From an uncultured Neisseria sp. (GTDB lineage: Bacteria > Pseudomonadota > Gammaproteobacteria > Burkholderiales > Neisseriaceae), in assembly GCA_963529965.1 (NCBI GenBank), contig CAUSDA010000001.1:22005-86004 (forward strand): a stretch of DNA of 64,000 nucleotides, in the 5' to 3' direction. Under the pieces are notes generated by a model. It worked only from the letters and a program-made list of their open reading frames with translations. It did not search any database and was not told the DNA's origin. The first letter of the stretch is position 1; each line of letters opens with the position of its first letter. The translations under genes and the position numbers were made by a program. Positions 1 to 9,880 of this stretch are shown here, piece after piece.

Positions 1-1066
1 CACTTAATACATCTGCCGTATTTAATCCTAACGATCGTACAGGTTTGGTACATTCAGGTTGATTGCTTTTTTTATTCCAATTTAACACATACAATGATTC
101 AGCAGCTACCTCACTAATAATTTGAGGGGAATGGGTGCTAACAACAAATTGAATATTAGGAAATACCTTAGGAAGCTTACGAATAATTTCACGTTGCCAT
201 TTTGGATGTAAATGTAATTCCAACTCATCAATTAACACAATTCCATTACCTAACAAAGGATCATTACCCATTGGATTAGCCATAGCTAGTCGGCGTGCCA
301 AATCACCGATTGAAGCAAACAAAATTTTAGCTCCATTTGATAGCTGATTAATGGAAATTTCTCTTCCATTTTCCTTTGCTATCATGGCTTGTTCTCCAAT
401 ACGGCGTATTTGAATATCGGTAATATGAGGTAAAAATTTAGTTAGTGCTTCACGCACTGCATTTAACTGTCCATCACGGTAATTCATATTTTGTCTTAAC
501 CGGATTTCATTCTCTAAATCTTCACGCTCTCTAAACCATTCAAAGAATAACCGAAAATTAATTTCTCCATTAAGAGAATTATCATAGGTTTCTACTAAAT
601 CAAATTTGTGTGCTGTACGGATTCTTTTTGGGAAGTCAATGACCGTACGCTGTGTTTGGTAGTAGATAAATACAGGAACAGTTGCCTGAGTTCTAGAATT
701 TTCAATACGTTGCTGGATAGTTTCAGCATATTTTTTTGCATGCTGAACATCATCTTTTTCTAATGAGAAAATACCTTTTCTTGATTTATTAATAGAAAAA
801 GCAAGTTCATCTCCATTGATGAGGCTTATTTTTGCTCTATTTTCTCCATTTTGAATATCTGAATCATTTATTCTTATTGTATTTTTGTTAATTTTGCCGT
901 CTTCGATATACGATACTATTCGTGATAGCATAATTGCATAGGCATCAAGCAGAGTTGTTTTTCCCGATCCATTTATACCTGCTAATACCGTCAATTTAGG
1001 GTGAAACGATAAATCGATATGCTTAAATGCTCTGAAATTATTCAGCGTTAAAGTGGAGAATTTCAT
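1..1066 (-). CDS. ABC/AAA-family ATPase, PtuA/Septu-like (partial, runs off left edge)
   Basis: Manual translation from ATG 1066: MKFSTLTLNNFRAF...GINGSGKTT (Walker A), LSNGAK signature, GIVLIDELELHLHPKWQ (Walker B/D-loop), THSPQI. AT-rich; absent from the ORF track because it is truncated. Confidence 0.8.
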   Translation of the reverse strand, partial: MKFSTLTLNNFRAFKHIDLSFHPKLTVLAGINGSGKTTLLDAYAIMLSRIVSYIEDGKINKNTIRINDSDIQNGENRAKISLINGDELAFSINKSRKGIFSLEKDDVQHAKKYAETIQQRIENSRTQATVPVFIYYQTQRTVIDFPKRIRTAHKFDLVETYDNSLNGEINFRLFFEWFREREDLENEIRLRQNMNYRDGQLNAVREALTKFLPHITDIQIRRIGEQAMIAKENGREISINQLSNGAKILFASIGDLARRLAMANPMGNDPLLGNGIVLIDELELHLHPKWQREIIRKLPKVFPNIQFVVSTHSPQIISEVAAESLYVLNWNKKSNQPECTKPVRSLGLNTADVLS

Positions 1067-1093
1067 TCTTATTCATCCTTATCAAAATATACC

Positions 1094-1133
1094 AAGGCAA
1101 CCTGAAAATACCAAAACTGTTTTCAGGTTGCTT
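1094..1133. terminator. Inverted repeat of a non-mucosa DUS-like sequence, probable terminator
   Basis: AGGCAACCTGAA at 1095-1106 pairs with TTCAGGTTGCTT at 1122-1133, just downstream of the ACP stop. Confidence 0.6.
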
Positions 1134-1150
1134 GCGTAGAGAAACATCAT

Positions 1151-1414
1151 TCAGCGTTCTGTTTCGCCGTCTGCAGCCTGCACTTTCAACACCGCCTGAA
1201 CCACGTCATCTACGGTGCGCACGTTGCGGAAGTCTTCGGCTTGCAGTTTGCGGCCGGTTTCGCGTTTGATGTGGTCGATAAGGTCGATGGCGTCGATGCT
1301 GTCGATTTCCAAATCTTCGTAGAGGTTGGTCTCGGGTTTGATGCGCTCGGGTTCGATTTCAAACAGGTTGACCAGTGCATCGGTCAGAAGGGTGCGTACT
1401 TCTTGTTCGGTCAT
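1151..1414 (-). CDS. Acyl carrier protein (ApeF-like)
   Basis: 87 aa, acidic, DLEIDSIDAIDL phosphopantetheine motif. Confidence 0.9.
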   Translation of the reverse strand: MTEQEVRTLLTDALVNLFEIEPERIKPETNLYEDLEIDSIDAIDLIDHIKRETGRKLQAEDFRNVRTVDDVVQAVLKVQAADGETER

Positions 1415-1426
1415 ATCGCTTCTCCT

Positions 1427-1687
1427 TTATGCCTGACGGCTTTTGACGAATTCTGCCAGTGTTTTGACGTTGGCGAAGTTTTCGCGCAGGTTGTCGTTTT
1501 CGCCGTCGAGCTGGAAGCCGAAGGTTTTTTGCACTGCCAAACCGAGTTCCAGCGCGTCGACGGAATCCAGACCCAAGCCTTCGTCGCCGAAGAGCGGGTC
1601 TTCGCTGCCGATGTCGGCAGGGGTGATGTCTTCCAGTCCCAAGCTGTCGATGATTAATTCTTTGATTTGGTTTTCTAAGTTATTCAT
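1427..1687 (-). CDS. Acyl carrier protein (ApeE-like)
   Basis: GLGLDSVDALEL motif; likely start MNNLENQ at 1687 after AAGGAAAA. Confidence 0.9.
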   Translation of the reverse strand: MNNLENQIKELIIDSLGLEDITPADIGSEDPLFGDEGLGLDSVDALELGLAVQKTFGFQLDGENDNLRENFANVKTLAEFVKSRQA

Positions 1688-2463
1688 GTGGTTTTCCTTG
1701 TGAAATAGTTTTGAAGGTATTCGTTTAAACGCCTTGCGGCAATGGGTAGGGGTTTTTCCGCCAGCCATTCTTCGGGCAGGATGTCGTCGCCGACGGTGAT
1801 TTCATAGTGGATTTTGTGCGGCGGTATTTTGTACCAAGGCTGGCCTTTTTTGAAATTGGGCGGCGTCATTTTGATGCACACGGGGGTGATGACCGATGCA
1901 CTGCGCAAACCGAGCGATACCGCGCCACGGTGCATTTTAACCTGTCCGTCCCAGCCTGTGCGCGTGCCTTCGGGGAAAATCAGCATACTTTGCCCGCTTT
2001 TGAACACGGCGTCGATTTCTTCCAACATTTCCATGCTTTCGTCGTTGGGGATGTAGCCGGAAGCGATAATCTGGCTCTTCATGCTGGGGTTGTTCAACAG
2101 GTCTTTTTTGACCAGTACGTTCGGGTCGGGGAAGTGGCTGACCATCAAGACGACATCCAGCAGCGAGGGATGGTTGGCGAGGACGAGCTGCCCCGGCCTG
2201 CCGAGTTTTTCCAAGCCGTTGAAGCGGACGCTCAATACGCCCGACCATTGCAGATAGCCGACGAAAAAGCGCCAGACTTTCCCTATCATGCGCCGCGCTT
2301 CAAGCTGGCGTTTGATGTCGCCTTTGGTGGATTTGAGCGTGTAGGGCAAAAGCGCGATTTTGAACAATACGCCTGCAACGCCGAAGAGGATGAAGCCGAC
2401 CAGGGTGGCAAAGAAACGGCGGCAGTAGTCTAGGGTTTTCATGGTTTTTTGCACCATGTCCAT
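1684..2463 (-). CDS. PlsC-family acyltransferase (ApeD-like)
   Basis: NHPSLLD (HX4D) and FPEGTR motifs; real start possibly 2442. Confidence 0.88.
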   Translation of the reverse strand: MDMVQKTMKTLDYCRRFFATLVGFILFGVAGVLFKIALLPYTLKSTKGDIKRQLEARRMIGKVWRFFVGYLQWSGVLSVRFNGLEKLGRPGQLVLANHPSLLDVVLMVSHFPDPNVLVKKDLLNNPSMKSQIIASGYIPNDESMEMLEEIDAVFKSGQSMLIFPEGTRTGWDGQVKMHRGAVSLGLRSASVITPVCIKMTPPNFKKGQPWYKIPPHKIHYEITVGDDILPEEWLAEKPLPIAARRLNEYLQNYFTRKTT

Positions 2464-3209
2464 CGGCGTTTTTCATGTTGCCATTCTGCCGAAAGGTCGT
2501 CTGAAAGTAAGAAACGGATCCAGTCGAGCGCGCCCCAGTAATCGGCTGACAGCAGGTCGGACGGGTTTTCAGACGACGTGTCGTCGACATCGAGGCTGAG
2601 CGTGTAGCCGTCTCCCTGCGTCAGTACAAGCGAAAGGGCGTAGGCAAACGGGGCGCGTGTGGCGTGGACGGGGTAGTCGTCGGACAAAGGGTCGTCGGCG
2701 ATTAAGACCAATACGGATGGTGCGCCGTCTTGCAGCAGGGCATAGGCTTCTGCCAAAGTGGTTTCAAAATTGTCGCTGCCGGCGGCGAGGGCGGTGTGTT
2801 CGCTCATGTCGCCGCGCAACATGGACCATTGTCCGGCGGGAGCGTTGTGGACGGACAGTCCGAAGGAGGTCGGCGAAACGCTGTCGGTTTGCAACAGTCC
2901 CAGCCATAATTCGAAACTGCGGTTGATTTCTCCGTCATGCGAGGCGTAAACCAACGGACTGCCGGGGTATTGTTCCGCCAATTCCCACGAGGCGTCGCAA
3001 ATCAGGCGCGCGGCTTTGCCCAAACGGCGGCGTTGCAGTGCGGGCAGGAAGGCAAGCGCGGGTTTGTGGTCGGGCAGCCCGTCGGCGTCTAATGCGCCTG
3101 ATGCCCATTGCCGCCATTGTTCGGGCGTGGCGATTTTACTGCTTGAGGCGTGCCAAGCGGCGATATTGAAAGAAAAACGGCAAATGTTGGATGACATGAT
3201 GGTTTTCAA
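2439..3209 (-). CDS. Beta-ketoacyl synthase chain-length factor (ApeC-like)
   Basis: RRRLGKAARL and SPTSFGLSVHNA motifs; adjacent to acyltransferase and two ACPs. Confidence 0.8.
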   Translation of the reverse strand: MKTIMSSNICRFSFNIAAWHASSSKIATPEQWRQWASGALDADGLPDHKPALAFLPALQRRRLGKAARLICDASWELAEQYPGSPLVYASHDGEINRSFELWLGLLQTDSVSPTSFGLSVHNAPAGQWSMLRGDMSEHTALAAGSDNFETTLAEAYALLQDGAPSVLVLIADDPLSDDYPVHATRAPFAYALSLVLTQGDGYTLSLDVDDTSSENPSDLLSADYWGALDWIRFLLSDDLSAEWQHEKRRWTWCKKP

Positions 3210-3308
3210 AAGTTTACATTGTGATGTATTTTAACGAAATAGCTTAACACATTCTAGGGTCTGATATAATCGCGCTATTCTAACGTATTCTGTTTTCAGA
3301 CGACCTTT

Positions 3309-3797
3309 ATGACTGTAAATTTAATTTGCCCCATTCATGATGTTGCTTCTTTATTGCCGCACAGCGGCCATATGGTGTTGCTTGATTGTGTGACGGAATA
3401 CAGTCCGAAACACGTTTGCGCCCAAGCCGGCGTGGGGGAAAAGCACATCTTGTTGGTTGACGGGGCATTGCCGGCGACATCGCTGATGGAAATCATGGCG
3501 CAGGGCATAGGCGCGTTTGCAGGTATACAGGCTTTGGAAGCGGGTGAGCCGGTGCGGCTTGGCTTTTTATTGGGAACGCGCAAGCTGGAATTGTTTGCCG
3601 ATAGCCTGCCCGTCGGAACGCAGATGAAGGTGGTCGCCAATCTGTCGATACAGGACCCGGGCGGCATGGGCGTATTCGATTGCGAACTGCATTGGACGGA
3701 TGCGCCTGAAGATGCCCGTGTCAAGCTGCCTGCGGACGGGCTGGTGGCAAAAGCCTCGTTGAACGTGTACAGTCCGAAAGACGGAAAGGTCGTCTGA
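3309..3797 (+). CDS. Hotdog-fold acyl-ACP dehydratase (ApeP-like)
   Basis: LLPHSGHMVLLD, EIMAQ and GFLLGTR motifs. Confidence 0.8.
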   Translation: MTVNLICPIHDVASLLPHSGHMVLLDCVTEYSPKHVCAQAGVGEKHILLVDGALPATSLMEIMAQGIGAFAGIQALEAGEPVRLGFLLGTRKLELFADSLPVGTQMKVVANLSIQDPGGMGVFDCELHWTDAPEDARVKLPADGLVAKASLNVYSPKDGKVV

Positions 3798-3860
3798 AAA
3801 CAGCCTTCGCTGTTCAGATGATGACCAATAAGCAGACCGCGCCAACCAATAGGAAACATT

Positions 3861-4589
3861 ATGAGCGAAACCATCTTGATTACCGGCTCCAACCGGGGCA
3901 TAGGCAAAGCCGTCGCACTCGGTTTGGCTGAGGACGGCTTTGATATCGTCCTTCATTGCCGCAGCCGCCGCGATGAAGCCGAAGCCGTGGCGGAAGAAAT
4001 CCGCGCTTTGGGCAGACAGGCGAGGGTGTTGCAGTTTGACGTATCCGACCGAGCAGCCTGCCGCGATATTTTGACTGCCGACATCGAAGCAAACGGCGCG
4101 TATTACGGCGTGGTATTGAACGCCGGACTGACGCGAGACAATGCCTTCCCCGCGTTTTCAGACGACGATTGGGATTTGGTGCTGCGTACTAATTTGGACG
4201 GTTTTTATAATGTGTTGCACCCGTTGACCATGCCGATGATACGCCGCCGCAAAGCCGGACGGATTGTGTGCATGGCGTCGGTGTCCGGCTTGACGGGCAA
4301 CCGCGGGCAGGTCAATTACAGCGCGTCCAAGGCGGGCTTGATCGGCGCAGCGAAAGCCTTGGCGGTCGAACTGGCGAAACGCAAAATCACTGTCAACTGC
4401 GTGGCGCCGGGTTTAATCGATACAGAGATTGTCGATGAAAATGTACCCGTCGAAGAAATTTTGAAAGCCGTCCCCGCCGCGCGTATGGGGCGGCCGGAAG
4501 AAGTGGCGCATGCGGTGCGCTTCCTGATGGATGAAAAAGCGGCGTACATTACGCGTCAAGTGATTGCGGTGAACGGAGGTTTGTGTTGA
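3861..4589 (+). CDS. 3-oxoacyl-ACP reductase (ApeQ/FabG2-like)
   Basis: TGSNRGIG, NAG and YSASK SDR motifs. Confidence 0.92.
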   Translation: MSETILITGSNRGIGKAVALGLAEDGFDIVLHCRSRRDEAEAVAEEIRALGRQARVLQFDVSDRAACRDILTADIEANGAYYGVVLNAGLTRDNAFPAFSDDDWDLVLRTNLDGFYNVLHPLTMPMIRRRKAGRIVCMASVSGLTGNRGQVNYSASKAGLIGAAKALAVELAKRKITVNCVAPGLIDTEIVDENVPVEEILKAVPAARMGRPEEVAHAVRFLMDEKAAYITRQVIAVNGGLC

Positions 4590-5827
4590 ATACTAGAAGA
4601 GTCGTAGTAACGGGCATAGGCGGCATTACCGCCTTCGGTCGTGATTGGCAAAGCATACAGGCGGCGTTTAAAGCTGAAAAAAATGCCGTCAAATATATGG
4701 ATTGGCGTGGACGTTTCCCCGAATTGGAAGCGCAACTGGGTGCGCCGATTGAAGGCTACACCCCGCCCGAACATTGGACGCGCAAGCAGCTCAGAAGCAT
4801 GGGGCGCGTGTCGCACTTGTGTGTTGATGCGGCGGAGCAGGCCCTGACGGACGCAGGTTTGCTTGGAGACGAAAGCATTACCGACGGACGTATGGGCGTG
4901 GCGTGCGGTTCGTCTGTCGGCAGTACCAAAGACATCGGCGACATGGGCGAACTGCTGACTACGGGTACATCGCGCAATTTCAACGCCAATACTTATGTGC
5001 GCATGATGCCGCATACGACCGCCGCCAATATCGGCATCTTTTTCGGATTGAAAGGACGTATTATCCCGACTTCGAGCGCGTGTTCGTCCGGCAGCCAAGG
5101 CATAGGCTATGCCTACGAAGCCATCAAATACGGCATGATAGACATGATGTTGGCGGGCGGCGGCGAAGAATTTTGTCCGTCCGAAGTTTATGTTTTCGAC
5201 TCGCTCTACGCTGCCAGCCGCCGCAACAGCGAACCCGAGTTGACCCCGCGTCCTTACGACAACGGACGCGACGGCTTGGTCATCGGCGAAGGCGCAGGGA
5301 TTTTTGTGTTGGAAGAATTGGGACACGCCAAAAGGCGCGGTGCGAAAATCTATGCCGAACTCGTCGGCTACGGTGCCAACAGCGACGGCAGCCACGTTAC
5401 CCAGCCGCAAAAAGAAACCATGCAGAAATGTATGGAACTCGCGCTGCAAGACGCAGGCATTACGCCTGATAAAGTCGGCTACGTCAGCGGCCACGGTACG
5501 GCGACCGAAAAAGGCGACATCGCCGAAACGCTGGCGACCGAAGCCGTGTTCGGATTCATTCCCATGAGTTCGCAAAAAAGCTATCTCGGTCATACGCTCG
5601 GCGCGTGCGGTGCGCTGGAAGCGTGGTTCACCATCGAAATGATGAACAGCGGCTGGTTTGCCCCGACCGTCAATCTGAACGATATCGACCCGCGCTGCGG
5701 CAAGGTGGACTATATTTTGAGCGGCGGCCGCGAAATCGAAACGGATTATGTGGTCAGCAACAATTTCGCTTTCGGCGGCGTGAATACTTCGCTGGTGTTC
5801 AAACGCTGGCGGGATGAAAACGCTTAA
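4583..5827 (+). CDS. Beta-ketoacyl-ACP synthase (ApeR-like)
   Basis: SSACSSG catalytic Cys, GHGTAT, GHTLGA, NNFAFGG. Confidence 0.92.
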   Translation: MLNTRRVVVTGIGGITAFGRDWQSIQAAFKAEKNAVKYMDWRGRFPELEAQLGAPIEGYTPPEHWTRKQLRSMGRVSHLCVDAAEQALTDAGLLGDESITDGRMGVACGSSVGSTKDIGDMGELLTTGTSRNFNANTYVRMMPHTTAANIGIFFGLKGRIIPTSSACSSGSQGIGYAYEAIKYGMIDMMLAGGGEEFCPSEVYVFDSLYAASRRNSEPELTPRPYDNGRDGLVIGEGAGIFVLEELGHAKRRGAKIYAELVGYGANSDGSHVTQPQKETMQKCMELALQDAGITPDKVGYVSGHGTATEKGDIAETLATEAVFGFIPMSSQKSYLGHTLGACGALEAWFTIEMMNSGWFAPTVNLNDIDPRCGKVDYILSGGREIETDYVVSNNFAFGGVNTSLVFKRWRDENA

Positions 5828-5906
5828 TCGCAGCCGCGTTATCACAAAATCCAAAAGGTCGTCTGAAACCGTTTGACCCAACGTTTCAGACGACCTTTTT
5901 AGTTTA

Positions 5907-5976
5907 TATAGTGGATTAACTTTAAACCAGTACGGCGTTGCCTCGCCTTGTCCTGATTTAAATTTAATCCACTATA
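5907..5976. mobile_element. Short (70 bp) Correia element (Neisseria MITE)
   Basis: TATAGTGGATTAA...TTAATCCACTATA terminal inverted repeats with internal CCAGTACGGCGTTGCCTCGCCTTG. Confidence 0.9.
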
Positions 5977-5981
5977 TAAAG

Positions 5982-6152
5982 CTATATTACGAAGTCCAGC
6001 AGGTAAAAGTCTTCTTTGCCCACGCCGCATTCGGGGCATTTCCAATCGTCGGGGATGTCATCGAATTTGGTGCCGGGGGCGATGCCGTGTTCGGGGTCGC
6101 CGAGGTCTTCGTCGTAAATCCAGCCGCAGGGGCCGCACATGTATTGTGCCAT
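5982..6152 (-). CDS. Rubredoxin
   Basis: Manual translation, 56 aa: MAQYMCGPCGWIYDE...WKCPECGVGKEDF, two CxxC motifs. Confidence 0.93.
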   Translation of the reverse strand: MAQYMCGPCGWIYDEDLGDPEHGIAPGTKFDDIPDDWKCPECGVGKEDFYLLDFVI

Positions 6153-6237
6153 GGTGTGTTCCTTCTAATGGTTGAGGTCGTCTGAAAACGGTCAGCAAAA
6201 GGTTTTCAGACGACCCCTTGTTGGTCTGTTTCAGCCC

Positions 6238-7326
6238 TTATGCCGCTTCCAGCGCCGCGATTTCTTTGCGCAAGTGTTTCAACGCGGGGGTAACGATGGC
6301 GACAAACATGGCTTCGCGGACGCGGCGTTGAGCGGGGCTGCGCATGAGGTAGCCTTTGGCGCCGGCGTGTAAGGCGGCGGATTGGGCTGCGGCAAGCGTC
6401 AGCTCGGCGGCGGCGGCGCGCAGTTTCAGCGTGGCGAGGTTGTCGGGCGTATTGTTCCACGCCAAGTCCGCCAGTCGTTCGGTGGTTTGCCATGCTTCGT
6501 CCAAGGCGGCTTTGAGGCTGTCGTAGCCGTCGTCGAGGTAGCTGTTGACATCGGCGTTGACGACGTTGGCGATGCGGATGATGCCGAGGCTGCCGTCAAT
6601 TACGCCTGCGCCGATGCCGATTTGCAGCAGGATGAAGCCGGACTTGATGGTGGCGATGTAGTCAGAGAACTGTTCGGGCGCGGCGATTACGTCTTCGTCA
6701 GGAATGAATACGTCTTTGAAATTCAGGCTGAACGTGCGCGTGCCTTCGAGGGCGCAAAATTCGGGGCAGGCTTGCAGAGTTACGCCTTCCCATTGTCCGC
6801 CGGTGATGAACATGACGTAGCCGTCGCCGATTTGGGCGGTATTCGCCCAGATGTGGTCTTCGCCGATGTTGGATACCCACGGCAGTGCGCCGTTGACTGT
6901 GTAGCCGCCGTCCACGCGCTCGGCTTGAAGGTTGTGTTTTTCAATGCCGGCGAGGTGTTTGACGGTATTGGACATGCCCGTACCCGCCAAGACTTTGCCT
7001 TGCAGGATGTCGGCGAGGTATTTGTCTTTGACGGCTTGGTTGGGCGTTTGGTGCAGATACCACGCGCAAGCCGCCTGACACCATGCGCTGAACGAAGTCG
7101 CGCCGCATTCTTTGCCGACTTCGCGCAAGACGGCGATTTGCGTCGCCAAACCCAAGCCGTTGCCGCCTTCCGCTTCCGTACCGACTGCGCCGAATCCGCC
7201 GATGGCGCCGAGTTCGCGCATGAAATCTTCGGGATACAAACCATTGCGGTCGATTTCGTCCACTAAGGGTTTGAGTTTGGCTTTGACGAGTTCGGCAACT
7301 TGAGACAATAAGGTTTCACGGTTCAT
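6238..7326 (-). CDS. Acyl-CoA dehydrogenase family protein
   Basis: 362 aa; VNGALPWVSN and HAGAKGY motifs. Confidence 0.85.
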   Translation of the reverse strand: MNRETLLSQVAELVKAKLKPLVDEIDRNGLYPEDFMRELGAIGGFGAVGTEAEGGNGLGLATQIAVLREVGKECGATSFSAWCQAACAWYLHQTPNQAVKDKYLADILQGKVLAGTGMSNTVKHLAGIEKHNLQAERVDGGYTVNGALPWVSNIGEDHIWANTAQIGDGYVMFITGGQWEGVTLQACPEFCALEGTRTFSLNFKDVFIPDEDVIAAPEQFSDYIATIKSGFILLQIGIGAGVIDGSLGIIRIANVVNADVNSYLDDGYDSLKAALDEAWQTTERLADLAWNNTPDNLATLKLRAAAAELTLAAAQSAALHAGAKGYLMRSPAQRRVREAMFVAIVTPALKHLRKEIAALEAA

Positions 7327-7480
7327 GATCTTATCCTTGAAAATGTGTGCGGACGGCGCGGGGAGGGCGTTCCGTTGGAAAGGGGAGGCAGTCCGTTACA
7401 GGGACGGCGTTTTTGAAAAAGGTCGTCTGAAAACAGGCAAACGGTTTTGCCGCCGCTTTTCAGACGACCTTGGGTCAGAA

Positions 7481-8029
7481 TCAGGCGAATGCCTGCAATT
7501 CAGGGTTGATTTCTGTTTGCGCGACGTTGTTGACGTAGTTGCACAAAGTCGCCAGGGCAACGCCCATCACGACTTCGACAGCCTGCTGCTGGTTGTAGCC
7601 GGCGTCGAAGAAGGCTTTGAGTTCAGCATCGGATACCGCGCCTTTTTTCGCCATCACGGCTTGGGTGAACGCAGCGAGCGCGCCCAGTTTGGCATCGTCA
7701 AACTCGCCTGCCGCCAAAGCGCGTGCGGCTTTGATGGATTGTTCGGACAGGAGTTTTTTCAGGGTTGCCAGTTTGGTGTGGCCTGCCACGCAGAAACCGC
7801 ATTCGTTGGTGCGGGCGGCGATGATTTGGATGACTTCGACTTCACCGGGAGTCAGACTGTTGGCGGCGTTCAGTTTGCCGACTTCTTGATAGAACGCCAA
7901 CGCTTCGGGCGCGTTGGCCAATACGCCGATGAGGTTGGGGATGAAGCCGTTGTTTTTCAGCGCGGCTTCGACGCGGGGTTTTGCTGCTTCGGGAGCGGTT
8001 TCGACGGTGTGTACGGTTAAGCGTGCCAT
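7481..8029 (-). CDS. AhpD/carboxymuconolactone decarboxylase family protein
   Basis: NECGFCVAGH (CxxC-xxx-H) motif. Confidence 0.85.
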   Translation of the reverse strand: MARLTVHTVETAPEAAKPRVEAALKNNGFIPNLIGVLANAPEALAFYQEVGKLNAANSLTPGEVEVIQIIAARTNECGFCVAGHTKLATLKKLLSEQSIKAARALAAGEFDDAKLGALAAFTQAVMAKKGAVSDAELKAFFDAGYNQQQAVEVVMGVALATLCNYVNNVAQTEINPELQAFA

Positions 8030-8290
8030 ATTGGTTTCCTTTTTATTTGCGATTTGTCAAAAGATGGAGGGCATAGTAGGGAAACAAATCCCAAAGTTGA
8101 AAGACCTGATAATTATTTTGATAAAACCAATAGTTATAAACGTCCAAGAAGTTGATTAGATTTATATAATTATTTAATTACATCGATAGTTTTCAAATAT
8201 AGATGTAAATGGAAGGAAATCAGAAATCAAAAGAAAGGTCGTCTGAAAACCAAAATACAGTTTTCAGACGACCTTTTCTTGCCAACCGAT

Positions 8291-9229
8291 TTATTCGGCT
8301 TGTTCTTTCAAAACGGCTTCAATCAATTCCTGCGCGCCGTCGTCCGCCAGCTTTTTGGCGACCGCGCGTCCGAGCGCGTCGGCGTAGGCGGCGGGGGCTT
8401 GCGCATCTGCCTGCAAGATTACCGAGCCGTCGGGGTGTCCGACCAGTCCGCGCAGGGTGAGCAGGCCGTTTTCTTCGGTGCAATACGCGGCAAGCGGTAC
8501 TTGGCAGCTTCCGCCCAAAGCGCGGGCGAGGGCGCGTTCGGCGGTAACGCAGGCGTGTGTGACGTCGTGGTTTAAGGGTTTCAATACGTCGAGAAGGTCG
8601 GTGCGGTGTGCGGCGATTTCGATGCCCAACGCGCCTTGTCCTGCGGCGGGCAGGCTGTCGGCTTCGGAGAGGATCAGGCGGATGCGTTCGTCCAGTTCCA
8701 AACGCTGCAATCCGGCGGCGGCGAGGATGATGGCATCGTATTCGCCGTTGTCGAGTTTGGACAGGCGGGTTTGCACGTTGCCGCGCAGGGGTTTGATGAC
8801 TAAATACGGATAGCGGGCGCGCAACTGGGCTTCGCGGCGCAGGCTGGATGTGCCGACGACGGCGCCTTTGGGCATTTCCTCCAAACGCGCGTATTGGTTG
8901 GATACGAACGCGTCAAACGGATTGGCGCGCTCGCCGATGGCGGCAAGGGCGAAGCCTTCGGGCAAATCCATCGGCACGTCTTTAATCGAATGCACTGCCA
9001 AATCGGCGCGACCGTCCTGTAAGGCTTGTTCCAACTCTTTGATAAACAGGCCTTTGCCGCCGATTTTCGACAGGGTTTTGTCCAAAATCTGGTCGCCGCG
9101 CGTAGTCATGCCCAAGATTTCGACTTCGCAGTCGGGATACAGGGTTTTCAGACGACCTTGGATATGTTTTGCCTGCCACATGGCAAGCAGGCTTTCGCGG
9201 CTGGCGATAACGAGTTTTTTCGGGTTCAT
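8291..9229 (-). CDS. hemC: Hydroxymethylbilane synthase
   Basis: [35 protein letters not shown]. Confidence 0.97.
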   Translation of the reverse strand: MNPKKLVIASRESLLAMWQAKHIQGRLKTLYPDCEVEILGMTTRGDQILDKTLSKIGGKGLFIKELEQALQDGRADLAVHSIKDVPMDLPEGFALAAIGERANPFDAFVSNQYARLEEMPKGAVVGTSSLRREAQLRARYPYLVIKPLRGNVQTRLSKLDNGEYDAIILAAAGLQRLELDERIRLILSEADSLPAAGQGALGIEIAAHRTDLLDVLKPLNHDVTHACVTAERALARALGGSCQVPLAAYCTEENGLLTLRGLVGHPDGSVILQADAQAPAAYADALGRAVAKKLADDGAQELIEAVLKEQAE

Positions 9230-9275
9230 TTGCAGTTTCTGATTTTCTAATTCATGAGGCGGGAAGTTCGACAGT

Positions 9276-9659
9276 CTAACACAAACTTTCTACGCTAACC
9301 GCCTGACTGTACTTGCCCAAGGGGCCGAATCCGTTGCCTTGGTTTTGTTCTTTGGTCAGCACTTTTCCCTGAATGCAGATATTGTTCAGGGTAACGTTAT
9401 ATGAGCCGGAACTCAGGCGGTTCTTTTCTACTTGGTCCATCAGGCTGTCGCCGCCGTTGATGAAATAGGTTTTTCCGTCGGCGGTAAATTCAGCCTGTTC
9501 GAGCGAATAATGGACTGTCCCAGTCATTTTGACCGTATCGCCGCTGTTTTTTTCGACCTGAGTTTCCGTCGGTTTGGCAGCCGACGTTTCGATTTTGTTT
9601 TGCGGGGAGCAGGCTGTCAGGGCAATCAGTATGGGGAAAAGAGATTTGTTCATTTGCAA
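9276..9659 (-). CDS. Putative lipoprotein
   Basis: Signal peptide with lipobox LTAC. Confidence 0.75.
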   Translation of the reverse strand: MQMNKSLFPILIALTACSPQNKIETSAAKPTETQVEKNSGDTVKMTGTVHYSLEQAEFTADGKTYFINGGDSLMDQVEKNRLSSGSYNVTLNNICIQGKVLTKEQNQGNGFGPLGKYSQAVSVESLC

Positions 9660-9880
9660 TTACCGTGGTTGATAAAGGTATTCCGCTGCGAAGCTGTCGG
9701 AGAAGCCGTTGCACTATATCTGTTGCAACGAAATAAATTATAATGTGTACTGGCATTGAAATGCCGATTTCAACAGACCGCAAGAAACGGATACAAGGTC
9801 TGTCGGCATGATGGTAGTCCATACTGCCGTAAAATAAAACTTATTCTCTAAAAACATTTTAACTCCAACAGCCTTACAGC

